Sequence record: NC_070952.1
Strand: one strand, 5' to 3'
Length of the DNA stretch: 64,000 nucleotides
Shown here: piece after piece, positions 46,667 to 56,624 of the stretch
Layout: each line of letters opens with the position of its first letter
Position numbering within the stretch: position 1 is the first letter of the stretch
Position numbers and translations under genes: made by a program
The notes under the pieces: generated by a model
Databases searched by the model: none
The model's input: the letters and a program-made list of their open reading frames with translations, nothing else
What the model was told of the DNA's origin: nothing

Positions 46667-47764
46667 TTATGGTTTTATATCTTTTACTACCGTCCAAATA
46701 TCGATGAAGTGTTTCTTCCACATCGGCATAGGGATTTGGTTGATTTGACTTTGTAGCTGAACTTTACTGTAATAGGTATTCAGTTGAGCTTTGATCTGCC
46801 CGTCCACAGCCCCTACAATGTTATTGTAGCGGATATACTTCTCCACCATACCCAAAGATGCCAATGACCAGACCCAACTCATCTGGACGAAGTACAGGCT
46901 CTTATAGGCTTCAGGGAAAATCATCTTGGCAAGATCAACACTTGGATTGACTTTCATGTTAACTTGCGTGAATTCGGTAAACGACTGCATGGGGTTAATT
47001 AACATCCACCGGTTTTTATAATCGGTATAGTTAACCAGCTGAGTATAATAGTTTTCCAGATTGAATCCCCCTTTAGAGATATCAATCGCTTCAGCATTAC
47101 CATTAAGGTAATTGAAGTTAACCAACTCATTATGATAAACGTAGCAGTTCATCAACGGGAAGTTAGCCAGATAACCGTGTGCTGAGTTACCCCATTCTAC
47201 ACCGCGTTGTAACCAACGATACAGTCCGATAATTAATGCGTACACATCGACATTAACAATAGAGTAAATCGCGTCATCAGCTTTATAGGTGCGGGTATCG
47301 ATCAAATCCATGATGTCCCAGCGTTGTACTGTGTCCGTGGTATAGATCGGATACAGAGGTACCAGTTCATCTAAAGGAATACTGAAGTATGCATTAATTT
47401 GTGAAGCACTGGGATTACCGAAAGGAACAACCAACAACGTGTTGTGATTTATCTCTGGGTAGACTGCCCCGATATGATTCTCTCCTTTACTGTATAAAGA
47501 AGTTAAATCCGTTAAGCTTGCAATCTGCTGAGAGCGAGTATTGATTTGTTCTACTAACTCTGCTTTGGTCCAGCTGGTATCAACAGAGAAGGATTGCAGA
47601 AACTGCACTAACGGATTTTGATTACGAACAGTGCGATTACCTAGATTGATAAAGTTAAAGAAGTGATCCTCATTTCTCGACATTATACGTTCTAGGTTTA
47701 TTAGTCCGGGGTACGATTTGATTCCGTAGTTCAACCCATTCGGTTGAAGCTTTAAATAGGACAT
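46667..47764 (-). CDS. Conserved Chimalliviridae core protein (phiKZ gp52-like position)
   Basis: 365 aa, divergent from chmA, GAGGT RBS. Confidence 0.55.
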   Translation of the reverse strand: MSYLKLQPNGLNYGIKSYPGLINLERIMSRNEDHFFNFINLGNRTVRNQNPLVQFLQSFSVDTSWTKAELVEQINTRSQQIASLTDLTSLYSKGENHIGAVYPEINHNTLLVVPFGNPSASQINAYFSIPLDELVPLYPIYTTDTVQRWDIMDLIDTRTYKADDAIYSIVNVDVYALIIGLYRWLQRGVEWGNSAHGYLANFPLMNCYVYHNELVNFNYLNGNAEAIDISKGGFNLENYYTQLVNYTDYKNRWMLINPMQSFTEFTQVNMKVNPSVDLAKMIFPEAYKSLYFVQMSWVWSLASLGMVEKYIRYNNIVGAVDGQIKAQLNTYYSKVQLQSQINQIPMPMWKKHFIDIWTVVKDIKP

Positions 47765-47930
47765 TCGATAAACCTCATAAGAGACTCCGTAATTAAATAT
47801 TACACTTCTCTATACTATGTAAACTAATTCTTAAGGCTCGTCCTTAAGAGTACACGGGAGTCGTACGTTTATTTTTAAGTATACATACGATTTACTGTGT
47901 AAAAAAGATACTCCTATAATTTTTGAAGTC

Positions 47931-47950
47931 TATATTATTATAGTGCATAG
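47931..47950 (+). promoter_or_regulatory. Early promoter of chmA
   Basis: TATATTAT-TATA-GTG. Confidence 0.65.
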
Positions 47951-48044
47951 AAGACAAGATGTCATTTCATCTTTTCTCCCACCATGTAAATTAACGTTAA
48001 TCTATATATCTCATATCACGAATTGAATAAAAGGAATATGTAAC

Positions 48045-49958
48045 ATGGCTCTCGACTCTCATAACTCTTCTGACAACGCGTCTAACAACAACAACTCAGG
48101 GAAATCTCCTATGTCAAGCACCAACCCACTGCTGGCTCTTCTGGGACAGCAGAACCTGATCTCTTCCACCAACAACATCGCTGAAGTCAACGAAGTTGCT
48201 AAAAGCCTGGAAGAAGTGATCGAAGCGCTGAACAAAAACACCGCCAGCGATATCCAGAAACTGACTCTGCCAAAAGAAGTGCGCAACATCACTTCCGATA
48301 TCTCTCCGAATCTGCCGGGCATCACCCTGCACACTATCATCGGCGCTGCGGTTTACGTTCAGCCAGTTCTGTTCTACAAAGCCGGCATCACCGAAGTGAC
48401 CGAATCTATCCACCTGGCCAACGAACCTGCTGCGCGTGCAATCGCCAAGCCTGCTTCTGGCTTCATGGATGCAACCCTGCTGGAAAAGATCAAAACTCAG
48501 TATGCGTTCGTTGATGGCAAACAAGCCAGCAAAGTGATCATCCTGGCACCGATCGTTCGTAACCTGGAACCGTACATCAAAAACCAGATCTCAAGCGACG
48601 ACATGATCCTGCAGGTGCGTAACAGCATTCTGAAAGAATGGTCAACCTCTCTGTGGAACATCGCATCTCTGGAAGCGACCAAAGAAGGCGTTGAATTCCC
48701 GAACCCGTTCAAAGACGGTAAACTGTTCGGTAAGGATGATACTGCAGTTGCTCGTATCGAACCAGTTAACAAACTGATCATCGACGGCGTACCAACTCCG
48801 TATAACCTGGCTGCGAAAATCTCTACCAGCAACAAAAACAACACCACCTCGCCAAACAGCTCTCAGAGCAAATCTGTTGCAACTGCGCACATGACCGTTT
48901 CTCTGGAAGCGATGTCTCAGAGCCAGTTCATGCAGGCACGTGCTCGTCAGCCTGGCCAGGTTGTTGGTCCACTGGTTCCAGTTGTTTCTACCGGTCTGAC
49001 CGTTCCAGGCGAAACCCTGAACAACAACAGCTCTCTGCTGACTGCACTGCTGGGTCTGTATGCATCTATCGGTGCAAACAACATCAGCTACCTGTCAGAA
49101 GCATTCCGTGGTAAGGAAGTGGGTCACCGTGGTAACATCGGTAACTTCAACCACTACCTGTCTCAGATTCTGCAGGGTTCTTTCGGAACTCAACAGTATA
49201 TCACTGAGAAAAACATCACCAATGCACAGGTTGTTAATCAGTGGCTGGGTACCTACATCGCTCCGCAGGCTGTGTACGTTCTGGATCTGTCTACCTTCAC
49301 TAACGATGTCGCGAACACCGACTTCTGGTGGAACCTGATCGGTAAGGGAGCTGGCTCTACTTATCATCGTACCCTGGTTACTCTGCTGGACGCACTGTCT
49401 AACGGCGAGTTCAGTAAACTGGCTGCTGCTAACGCTGCTAAAGGTAACAACCGTAATCCGCGTACCGAATGGGTTGCAGGTGACGCGATTCTGAAAACCA
49501 CCAACATCATCATGCCTAACGGTATTGCTCAAGGCAAAGATGGCAAGTGGTTTGATCTGGCTGAAGTTGACGGCATGTTCCTGCGTCAGGATTCTTACTA
49601 CGGTCAGAACGAAGCAGCGATCAACGAATACCAGGGTCTGATCAACGGTTCTATGGGTGGCGATAACATCAAGATCCGTCAGTACAACATCTATAACCGT
49701 CTGAACCAGCTGTTTGGTGCAAACGTTGTTCTGGATGGCTGGAACCGTCGCTTCATCTGGGAGAACAGCTTCTTCGCAACGTTCGCTCAGGCTATGGCTA
49801 CTGCTGGTACTCTGTCTCTGTCTGGTTCTAACACTGCAACCATGTGGAGCATGAACACCGGTAATGATTACCTGAACTACGCTATTACTGCTCAGCTGTC
49901 TCAGTCTGTACAGGCTGCAGGTTTCGGCAACTTTAATGGTACGTTCTCTCAGTACTAA
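48045..49958 (+). CDS. chmA: Chimallin, phage nuclear shell protein
   Basis: 637 aa, strongly host-optimised codons, early promoter, lies between DNA polymerase and nvRNAP beta-prime-N as in phiKZ gp50-gp54-gp55. Confidence 0.85.
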   Translation: MALDSHNSSDNASNNNNSGKSPMSSTNPLLALLGQQNLISSTNNIAEVNEVAKSLEEVIEALNKNTASDIQKLTLPKEVRNITSDISPNLPGITLHTIIGAAVYVQPVLFYKAGITEVTESIHLANEPAARAIAKPASGFMDATLLEKIKTQYAFVDGKQASKVIILAPIVRNLEPYIKNQISSDDMILQVRNSILKEWSTSLWNIASLEATKEGVEFPNPFKDGKLFGKDDTAVARIEPVNKLIIDGVPTPYNLAAKISTSNKNNTTSPNSSQSKSVATAHMTVSLEAMSQSQFMQARARQPGQVVGPLVPVVSTGLTVPGETLNNNSSLLTALLGLYASIGANNISYLSEAFRGKEVGHRGNIGNFNHYLSQILQGSFGTQQYITEKNITNAQVVNQWLGTYIAPQAVYVLDLSTFTNDVANTDFWWNLIGKGAGSTYHRTLVTLLDALSNGEFSKLAAANAAKGNNRNPRTEWVAGDAILKTTNIIMPNGIAQGKDGKWFDLAEVDGMFLRQDSYYGQNEAAINEYQGLINGSMGGDNIKIRQYNIYNRLNQLFGANVVLDGWNRRFIWENSFFATFAQAMATAGTLSLSGSNTATMWSMNTGNDYLNYAITAQLSQSVQAAGFGNFNGTFSQY

Positions 49959-50051
49959 TTAGTGCTGTTTGTAGTTTAGGTAGTTAACTGAAATAACAAG
50001 GATAGCGGGCACGTTCCGCTATCCTTGTTTTACTAACGGGGTTTATTTTTT

Positions 50052-51644
50052 ATGTCGAAAACGGTGGCGGACATTCTAAATAAGTACGCGGATGATAAGA
50101 TGATTCCGAGTATGTTATTTAAAAGTATTATTGAGGCAGGTGGTACTGAACCACGGCAAGATGATCCTCAGTTCTACACACCCCTGTACCCAGATTTCGA
50201 AGATTTCAATGTCAAGCACGATTTGTCGATCACTCCTCCAGTTTATCTGAATGATTTTGACTTCAATATCGAAGAGCATCGTGAAGCCATTGTCGAACTC
50301 CTTCGTACCGAATACGAAGGTAACAGTTTCGATACTGTAGCCAGTTGTAACTGCCGTAAACACCGCAGTAACATTTATATTGGTTCTGGGTTCACCTGTG
50401 ATGAATGTGGTAGCGAAGTCGTAAAACCACTGTCGCAGCGCATTGAAACCAAGGTCTGGTTAAGAACTCCTGCATATGTCTCTGGGTTTATTAATCCAGC
50501 AATGTGGGCTATCTTCTTCTGTAAGTTGAATACCAAATCACCAAAGGTCAATCTGGTTGAATATTGGATCAACCCAACCATCCGTGAAGACAAACGCTTC
50601 CGGGATCCCAACAACAATGCATTTAAAATAGCGGCTAAGATCGAGAGCTTCCGTGCAACGCTGAATATCGATTTTGGATATAACAGCTTCATCGATAATC
50701 TGGACTTGATCGTATTATCTGCAATCGAACAAGATGTCAGCAAAGTCCTCGACCTGACAGAAAAAGATCGTGAAGACTTCGCCGCATTCTGGCACAAGTT
50801 TAAGACAAAAGCCGTCTTTAACTATTTGCCACTCCCAAACAAGATCACCACTGTGGTAGAGTCCGACCAACGTGACCGTTATGTGAATAAGGAACAAACG
50901 GATCTGGATAAGATCTATTTCACGTTAGCCGATACTTATACTGTGGATGATGTCCGTGCTACTGAAAACGAAGACCTCATGGGTAAAAACATGAAGCCTT
51001 TAGTTGATGCACTGATGGAAGTTCAAAAGAACATTCTGTTTGGTAAGAAAGGTATGATTCGTTATCATGCCGGTGCAGGTAAACTTCCGTTAACTGGTCG
51101 TTCTATTATTACCGGTGAATCGGGCGTGTGTCGTTCAGATACGATCGTCCTGCCTTGGCTGTATGGATTAACTTGTTTGGACAAACATTTAACCAACTGG
51201 TTGTACCGTAAAGGGTATACACCATTAAAGGTTAAAGACATCATCAAAACAGCGAACAGCTTCCGCCATCCGCTGATTGAAGAATTCTATACCTGGATTG
51301 AAACCAACCGTTTTGCAATGGCAACCGCTGGTCGAAATCCGTCAATCCAATATCTGTCTGCACGTGCTTTCTTCGTTGAGTTCTCTCGAGACCTTGATGA
51401 TAAATCCATCCGTATTCCAATCACCACTGTTAAGGAATATGGTGCAGACTTTGATGGCGATGCTATGTATGTAATCTTTGTACCGGATATGGCGTCTAAG
51501 ATCGAAGCTTATAGTAGCTGGGGTCACCATCAGATGTTGGATCCGAACCGTCTCTTTAAAGTAAGTCGTTTTGGTACCCACACAAAAACTAACCTGTTGA
51601 ACATCAACTCGTTAATGCTGAGTGAGCCAATCGAAGAGGAATAA
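50052..51644 (+). CDS. Non-virion RNA polymerase beta-prime N-terminal subunit (phiKZ gp55-like)
   Basis: Zn-binding CNC...CDEC, GRSIITG, GRNPSI, catalytic GADFDGDAM. Confidence 0.92.
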   Translation: MSKTVADILNKYADDKMIPSMLFKSIIEAGGTEPRQDDPQFYTPLYPDFEDFNVKHDLSITPPVYLNDFDFNIEEHREAIVELLRTEYEGNSFDTVASCNCRKHRSNIYIGSGFTCDECGSEVVKPLSQRIETKVWLRTPAYVSGFINPAMWAIFFCKLNTKSPKVNLVEYWINPTIREDKRFRDPNNNAFKIAAKIESFRATLNIDFGYNSFIDNLDLIVLSAIEQDVSKVLDLTEKDREDFAAFWHKFKTKAVFNYLPLPNKITTVVESDQRDRYVNKEQTDLDKIYFTLADTYTVDDVRATENEDLMGKNMKPLVDALMEVQKNILFGKKGMIRYHAGAGKLPLTGRSIITGESGVCRSDTIVLPWLYGLTCLDKHLTNWLYRKGYTPLKVKDIIKTANSFRHPLIEEFYTWIETNRFAMATAGRNPSIQYLSARAFFVEFSRDLDDKSIRIPITTVKEYGADFDGDAMYVIFVPDMASKIEAYSSWGHHQMLDPNRLFKVSRFGTHTKTNLLNINSLMLSEPIEEE

Positions 51645-51646
51645 TT

Positions 51647-52300
51647 TTGAACGTAACTGCTGCCTTTATGAGAGCATCCGGTGGGTCAATGACTGATGGG
51701 AGCGCCGCTGTATTTGATAGTTATATGGCCTCGATGTACCAGAAGTATGACAACCTTACCGGGTGGCTTGGAGATACTCTCAACTCCGTAAAAGAAGCCC
51801 ACAGTAGCTTTATGAATAGCCGCATGTGGGAATTCAGTAATCGTGTTAACGGAAAAGACGGTCAGTATGTAGGACGATTCGAAATTGGCTATCTCTCTGA
51901 AATCAAGTATCAGCAACAAGCTACTGGATTCATGAGAGATTATATCATGGCCAACCCATTGGTTATGGACCTCTATCAACAACAACGCGTCTCTGGTTTC
52001 GATGGAGATTTCCATGCTGCGTGTTCTGGTATCGGTCGGGATAACTATTTCTATAATCGTTCTATCGATGGCAAAGTCATGTTTGATAAAGAGGAACAAA
52101 CTCTGAATCGAACAGCGTTCACCAGTTCACGAGATGACTTAACCCATCTTGGATTCTCTGAACGTGTTGATATCCATCGAACCTGGCAAGCTACTAACCT
52201 CCACTTGTTACAGAATCTCTTTGACCCAACCTCGGTGTTGAACGATAAGATTCTTTCAGTCGAAGAAGTGGAAGAACGTCTTAAAAGTAACGATGAATAA
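51647..52300 (+). CDS. Conserved core protein (phiKZ gp59/Imp3-like position)
   Basis: 217 aa, TTG start with GAGGAG RBS; synteny only. Confidence 0.5.
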   Translation: MNVTAAFMRASGGSMTDGSAAVFDSYMASMYQKYDNLTGWLGDTLNSVKEAHSSFMNSRMWEFSNRVNGKDGQYVGRFEIGYLSEIKYQQQATGFMRDYIMANPLVMDLYQQQRVSGFDGDFHAACSGIGRDNYFYNRSIDGKVMFDKEEQTLNRTAFTSSRDDLTHLGFSERVDIHRTWQATNLHLLQNLFDPTSVLNDKILSVEEVEERLKSNDE

Positions 52301-52367
52301 TAAATGAAGCGTAACCAGGGATATCCCTGGTTACCTTTTCTTCTTTATTTTTTTTTGGAGAAAGAAG

Positions 52368-53093
52368 ATGGGAACGGTACACCAAGATGAAAATAGTCGT
52401 ATCCGAACTGTCTCGTCTCAACCTGACCAATATAAAGTTTATGGTAAAGATGATGAACGGGTCGCTAAGCTAGAATTCAGTACCAATGGTTTGACTGAGG
52501 AACATCTTCTTCTGATTCTTAAAGACCGCTTTAAGTCCGAAAAAGACCCGATAGGAAATCATATAAGAGATTGTTTGGACTCTGCACTGTTTGCAGTTAG
52601 TGCAGGTAAAATTAAAAGGGTTCCCAAGCTTATGTCAAACCACGGTTATGCTGAATTGCATGTTGATTTATCCAGCGGTACGAAACTGTATAAAGACATC
52701 ATACCGGCTGTAGGTGAAGATGCGGATCTTATTCCTGTGAATAAGTTACACGCCACCATTATGTATGATGAACGAAATCCTGATATTATCCCATCTGTAT
52801 CTAATAAGGTCTATAAAGGCAAGGTAGTAGGTGTGGAGATGTTAGGTAAGGTAGGTTCAAAATGGCGGTCTTGTGCCCTCATTCTTGAATCTGAAGGTGT
52901 GCTTGAGCGACACAAAGAACTCGTCAAGGAAGGCTTTAAGCATTCTTATGATGATCTGCTGCTCCACGTTTCCCTGGTATACGGTACTGATTCAGAGGTT
53001 GCTTATCCTGTTATCAAGCAACTCTTTGATGAAAAGAAACTACCAGAGTCAATTACCCTTTGCGCTGAAACTTGGGATCAGATAAAAGACTGA
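52368..53093 (+). CDS. acb1: Acb1-like 2H phosphodiesterase with N-terminal Tad1-like domain
   Basis: KLHATIMY and LHVSLVY HxT/HxS motifs; IPVNKLHATIMYD and ERHKELVKEGFKHSYDDLLLHVSLVY match T4 57B/Acb1; N-terminal NGLTEEHLLLILKDRFKS resembles the Tad1 core. Confidence 0.8.
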   Translation: MGTVHQDENSRIRTVSSQPDQYKVYGKDDERVAKLEFSTNGLTEEHLLLILKDRFKSEKDPIGNHIRDCLDSALFAVSAGKIKRVPKLMSNHGYAELHVDLSSGTKLYKDIIPAVGEDADLIPVNKLHATIMYDERNPDIIPSVSNKVYKGKVVGVEMLGKVGSKWRSCALILESEGVLERHKELVKEGFKHSYDDLLLHVSLVYGTDSEVAYPVIKQLFDEKKLPESITLCAETWDQIKD

Positions 53094-53122
53094 CCAATTT
53101 AAGTTGCATTCGGTTTCAGACC

Positions 53123-53142
53123 TATATTACCTAAGTGATAAA
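53123..53142 (+). promoter_or_regulatory. Early promoter (exact phiKZ-type TATATTAC)
   Basis: TATATTAC-CTAA-GTGATAAA. Confidence 0.7.
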
Positions 53143-53183
53143 CCTAAACAGTTTAAACTCATTTAATATAGAGAGAGGCGATT

Positions 53184-53348
53184 ATGTTTGATTTCTTTAG
53201 CTCAACTACTCCAGATGGCGTTGCATTAGTAGGTTCTTTTATCGGCGGCATCGGTGCAATGGTATTTGGTTATGCGGGTATTCGTGGAATTGTGAGTGCA
53301 GTAAAGGTACTCTTAACTCCTACACAGCAAATGGCTAAGCGTAACTAA
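53184..53348 (+). CDS. Small single-pass membrane protein (54 aa), not in ORF track
   Basis: GAGG RBS; MFDFFSSTTPDGVALVGSFIGGIGAMVFGYAGIRGIVSAVKVLLTPTQQMAKRN; own promoter and terminator (53361-53388). Confidence 0.7.
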   Translation: MFDFFSSTTPDGVALVGSFIGGIGAMVFGYAGIRGIVSAVKVLLTPTQQMAKRN

Positions 53349-53454
53349 TAAAGAAGTAAGCAGGATCTCCCTTAATTGGGAGATCCTGAATCTTTATGCA
53401 TTTATTTTTTTTGTGTTTTTATCTTTTGATTGCCTTATTAATTGGAGAAAAGAA

Positions 53455-53874
53455 ATGCCTAAAGGTGTTGTTGCCTCAATGGACACCGTGGGGTTCATAC
53501 AAGAACCTGCTGTTAAAATTGACCGTGCTATCGCATACTGGTTTGCTAACCGTATCGACCAGTGTATCGTATTGCGTGATGTCCATTCTTACCAGTACGT
53601 TGTCGCTAACCACCAAGATGATAAAAAAGGTGAAGCATTATTCCTCGCTGACATAAAACAAAACCTCAACGAGTATATGTTGCAAATTTTTGATTCAGCA
53701 TCGATTGACGCATGGGCTAACCGTGCCAATGAGGGAGACAAAATGTTTACCCTGGTTCTTTCTGGTGTGGTGGGTCAAGACGGTAAAACTTATGATATTG
53801 CTCGCTCTGTCTATGTTGAAGGCGGGTCCTATAAACTTATTGATACAGCTCGAGAACTTAATAATGGCCAATGA
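53455..53874 (+). CDS. Conserved core hypothetical protein
   Basis: Likely start MPKGVV at 53455 after GGAG. Confidence 0.7.
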   Translation: MPKGVVASMDTVGFIQEPAVKIDRAIAYWFANRIDQCIVLRDVHSYQYVVANHQDDKKGEALFLADIKQNLNEYMLQIFDSASIDAWANRANEGDKMFTLVLSGVVGQDGKTYDIARSVYVEGGSYKLIDTARELNNGQ

Positions 53875-54658
53875 AAACGATTTCAATAAAGTAGACAAAC
53901 AGAAACACGGTAAGTTGATGGAGTTTTTAAATTCTGTCCGTTCTCTGGATGTTGCGGGTAAAAAGATTATCCAGTTACCAGACGGTGAGTTTGCCGAATA
54001 CATTCTTATGGAAGAAGAGTATTTTGTCGATAACTGGCTGACCCAATTCGCTATTGGCTTTATTGATAAAACCAACTACTTTAATCAGGATGGCTGGTAT
54101 CGCTTGACTGACGGATTCACCAAAGGGGTGATTGTTATCAATGCCGAGAAAGACCCGGTAGTGATCATCCGTAAGTTTATCGATATGGACATGAGCGTCA
54201 ATAACCAGAGTTATCTGGAATACTACGTTCGTACCATCGGCGCCAATGCCAAGTTCAACCCGAACAAAGCCGAAGTGGATGATGCGCTTAATGAGCTGAC
54301 CAACATTGTTGAGAAGCTGACTGAACAAAACCCGGATTACGATACCCTGACCATGATGGTGCCGTGGGATTACTATCTGAGCAAGGGTGTGAATCCCCGT
54401 GTACTGAAACAAGTCATTTACATCCGTGACAAGTTTACCTATCAAGATCAACCGATCGCAGGTAACGATGAACTTCTGAAACAGATCGAGGATATTCTCT
54501 ATCGTAATGATGCTAAGAAGGTTATCTCATTCAGTGAGAAAAAGCTCATTAACGAAATCACCGGAAATACATTTATTTTCCACGACGGTGGTAATATAGT
54601 AGAAACCAATTCTCATTCTTCTGACGAACAGAAAGAATTCAACCCGTTATCTGATTAA
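53864..54658 (+). CDS. Conserved core hypothetical protein
   Basis: Likely start MANEND at 53864. Confidence 0.7.
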   Translation: MANENDFNKVDKQKHGKLMEFLNSVRSLDVAGKKIIQLPDGEFAEYILMEEEYFVDNWLTQFAIGFIDKTNYFNQDGWYRLTDGFTKGVIVINAEKDPVVIIRKFIDMDMSVNNQSYLEYYVRTIGANAKFNPNKAEVDDALNELTNIVEKLTEQNPDYDTLTMMVPWDYYLSKGVNPRVLKQVIYIRDKFTYQDQPIAGNDELLKQIEDILYRNDAKKVISFSEKKLINEITGNTFIFHDGGNIVETNSHSSDEQKEFNPLSD

Positions 54659-54685
54659 TATCTGTATCGGGTGTAAAGGACAAAT

Positions 54686-55822
54686 ATGAAAAAGCTGTTC
54701 AAGGCGGTCTTAACCACCGACCACCACACCATACACCCGAACACCCCAACTCGGCACATACTCAATAACCTGGACACGTTTTACTATAAAGAAACAAATC
54801 TGGCAACCATTGATTTTAATGTGCTGAACGGGGATTTCTTTCACGATTTAGCACCCGCTAATGACCCGAACATGATGCTCTGTCATCGTTGGATCAAGAA
54901 GCACCTGCAAATCTGTCATGACAACAAAGTCCATGTCAGGATATTGGAAGGGACTTCATCCCACGATTGGGGACAGCCTGAGTGCTTTGATATCCTGAAG
55001 CCGAAAGACAGTCCGTATATTAAATACATCAATACCTTGAGTATTGAGTTTATCCCTGAATTGAATATCCACTGTATGTATGTCCCGGATAACTTTGGTC
55101 ATACCTCCACGGACATCATTTATGACAATGCGCTGAAACTGTTGGCTGAATGGAACTTGAAGGAAGTTGATTTCATTTTCCTACACGGTGGGTTTGATTA
55201 CCAACTTCCACCGATTGCCAATAAGAAAGGAACATTGTACGATTCCATCAAGTGGAGTGCATTGGCAAAGCACGCGATCTTCAGTGGACACATTCATAAA
55301 CCTTCAACGCGATACAACATTTATTGTGCGGGTTCTTTTGACCGTACAGCATTTGGTGAGATGCACCCGAAAGGCGCTTATCGTTTTGAGTTTAATGACA
55401 CGGACTTCAAAGCCGAGTTTTGGGAAAACAAGAACGCACTGATTTACGATAAGATCTTGATCAATAAAGAGATGGATACGAAAGCAGTCGCGAAAGAGAT
55501 TATGAACTACTTGGCGAAACTTCCGCCAAAGAACACCCATATCCGTTTAGTGGGTGGGTTGTCATCTGTGACCACACCTTTGATTAATGATTTCAAGGAG
55601 CAGTATCCGCAATACTCGTTTGACCTTGAGAACGTAAAAGAAGATAACATCGAAATTGATGACACTTTATATATCCCTGAGATGTATAACGGTGTTGCAT
55701 TGACCAACGGAAACCTTAAGGATAGTTTGTTTAACTTTATGGAATCCACCCTTCAACAGAACACCGACATTGATCGAAGTCTGTTAGAGGAATTACTCGA
55801 TGAGGTCATGAATGTCAATTGA
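54686..55822 (+). CDS. sbcD: SbcD/Mre11-like metallophosphoesterase nuclease
   Basis: TTDHH, NGDFFHD, EGTSSHD, LHGG, SGHIH, GSFDR motifs. Confidence 0.88.
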   Translation: MKKLFKAVLTTDHHTIHPNTPTRHILNNLDTFYYKETNLATIDFNVLNGDFFHDLAPANDPNMMLCHRWIKKHLQICHDNKVHVRILEGTSSHDWGQPECFDILKPKDSPYIKYINTLSIEFIPELNIHCMYVPDNFGHTSTDIIYDNALKLLAEWNLKEVDFIFLHGGFDYQLPPIANKKGTLYDSIKWSALAKHAIFSGHIHKPSTRYNIYCAGSFDRTAFGEMHPKGAYRFEFNDTDFKAEFWENKNALIYDKILINKEMDTKAVAKEIMNYLAKLPPKNTHIRLVGGLSSVTTPLINDFKEQYPQYSFDLENVKEDNIEIDDTLYIPEMYNGVALTNGNLKDSLFNFMESTLQQNTDIDRSLLEELLDEVMNVN

Positions 55823-56609
55823 GAGGACTAAAGGTACGTTGCCCATAAGTGTGGGCACTGCCTTGGCATTGGAAGCGTTAACCGCAGTTCCGATGTACAA
55901 GTACCACTCCTTTCTCCTCAACTTAAGAACCATTGTCCGTAATGCTCGCCAAGCTTATGACCAATATGTCCCAACGACGTCTGAATTATACCAAGCGTGT
56001 AAAGAAGACATTATTGGGTTAGCCGAATTCATTGCGGGAATGAAATTAAAAACAGATTTGGATATTAAGTTCTACTATCCATCTTATCGGAGATTACCGA
56101 ATCTGTTTCCGCTGGCTAAACTTAAGAATGTGGAGAAAGACGGGACCGATAAACAGAAAGAGATCGCCAGACTCGACAAGAGTGTGATCGATAAACTTCT
56201 GCCAGAGTTTGGTAAGAACATCAACCATGTTGACAGTGTAATTCCAGAATTTGCTGGCCAAGCATTAATCCTCACCAGTCACCCTGTTGATTTGGTAACG
56301 ACGAATTCTTATGCCCGCTTAAATTTGCTCGAGTCCCACACTGGAGCAATAAAGAATTACACATTGTTCTATACTAAGCTAACCGGTTCAGATAAACTTA
56401 CTAACATCCCCATGAATAAACTGACTATTCAGATTTTTGGGGATAACTCGATCAACTTCTATTCTCAGTCTATTGCTGTCAAGAATGAAGTCAAGCAACT
56501 TGCGGATGTAGCACATTGGAGCACAGCTTCTACGCCGCAAATGGTTGCACGTTCTATTCGCTCTCTGAACAACACACCAGAGAAAGAAATCCTATTAAAA
56601 ATGATTTAA
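55812..56609 (+). CDS. Conserved core protein (phiKZ gp66-like position)
   Basis: 265 aa, overlaps sbcD; synteny. Confidence 0.55.
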   Translation: MSIERTKGTLPISVGTALALEALTAVPMYKYHSFLLNLRTIVRNARQAYDQYVPTTSELYQACKEDIIGLAEFIAGMKLKTDLDIKFYYPSYRRLPNLFPLAKLKNVEKDGTDKQKEIARLDKSVIDKLLPEFGKNINHVDSVIPEFAGQALILTSHPVDLVTTNSYARLNLLESHTGAIKNYTLFYTKLTGSDKLTNIPMNKLTIQIFGDNSINFYSQSIAVKNEVKQLADVAHWSTASTPQMVARSIRSLNNTPEKEILLKMI

Positions 56610-56624
56610 TAAAAGGAATATTCC

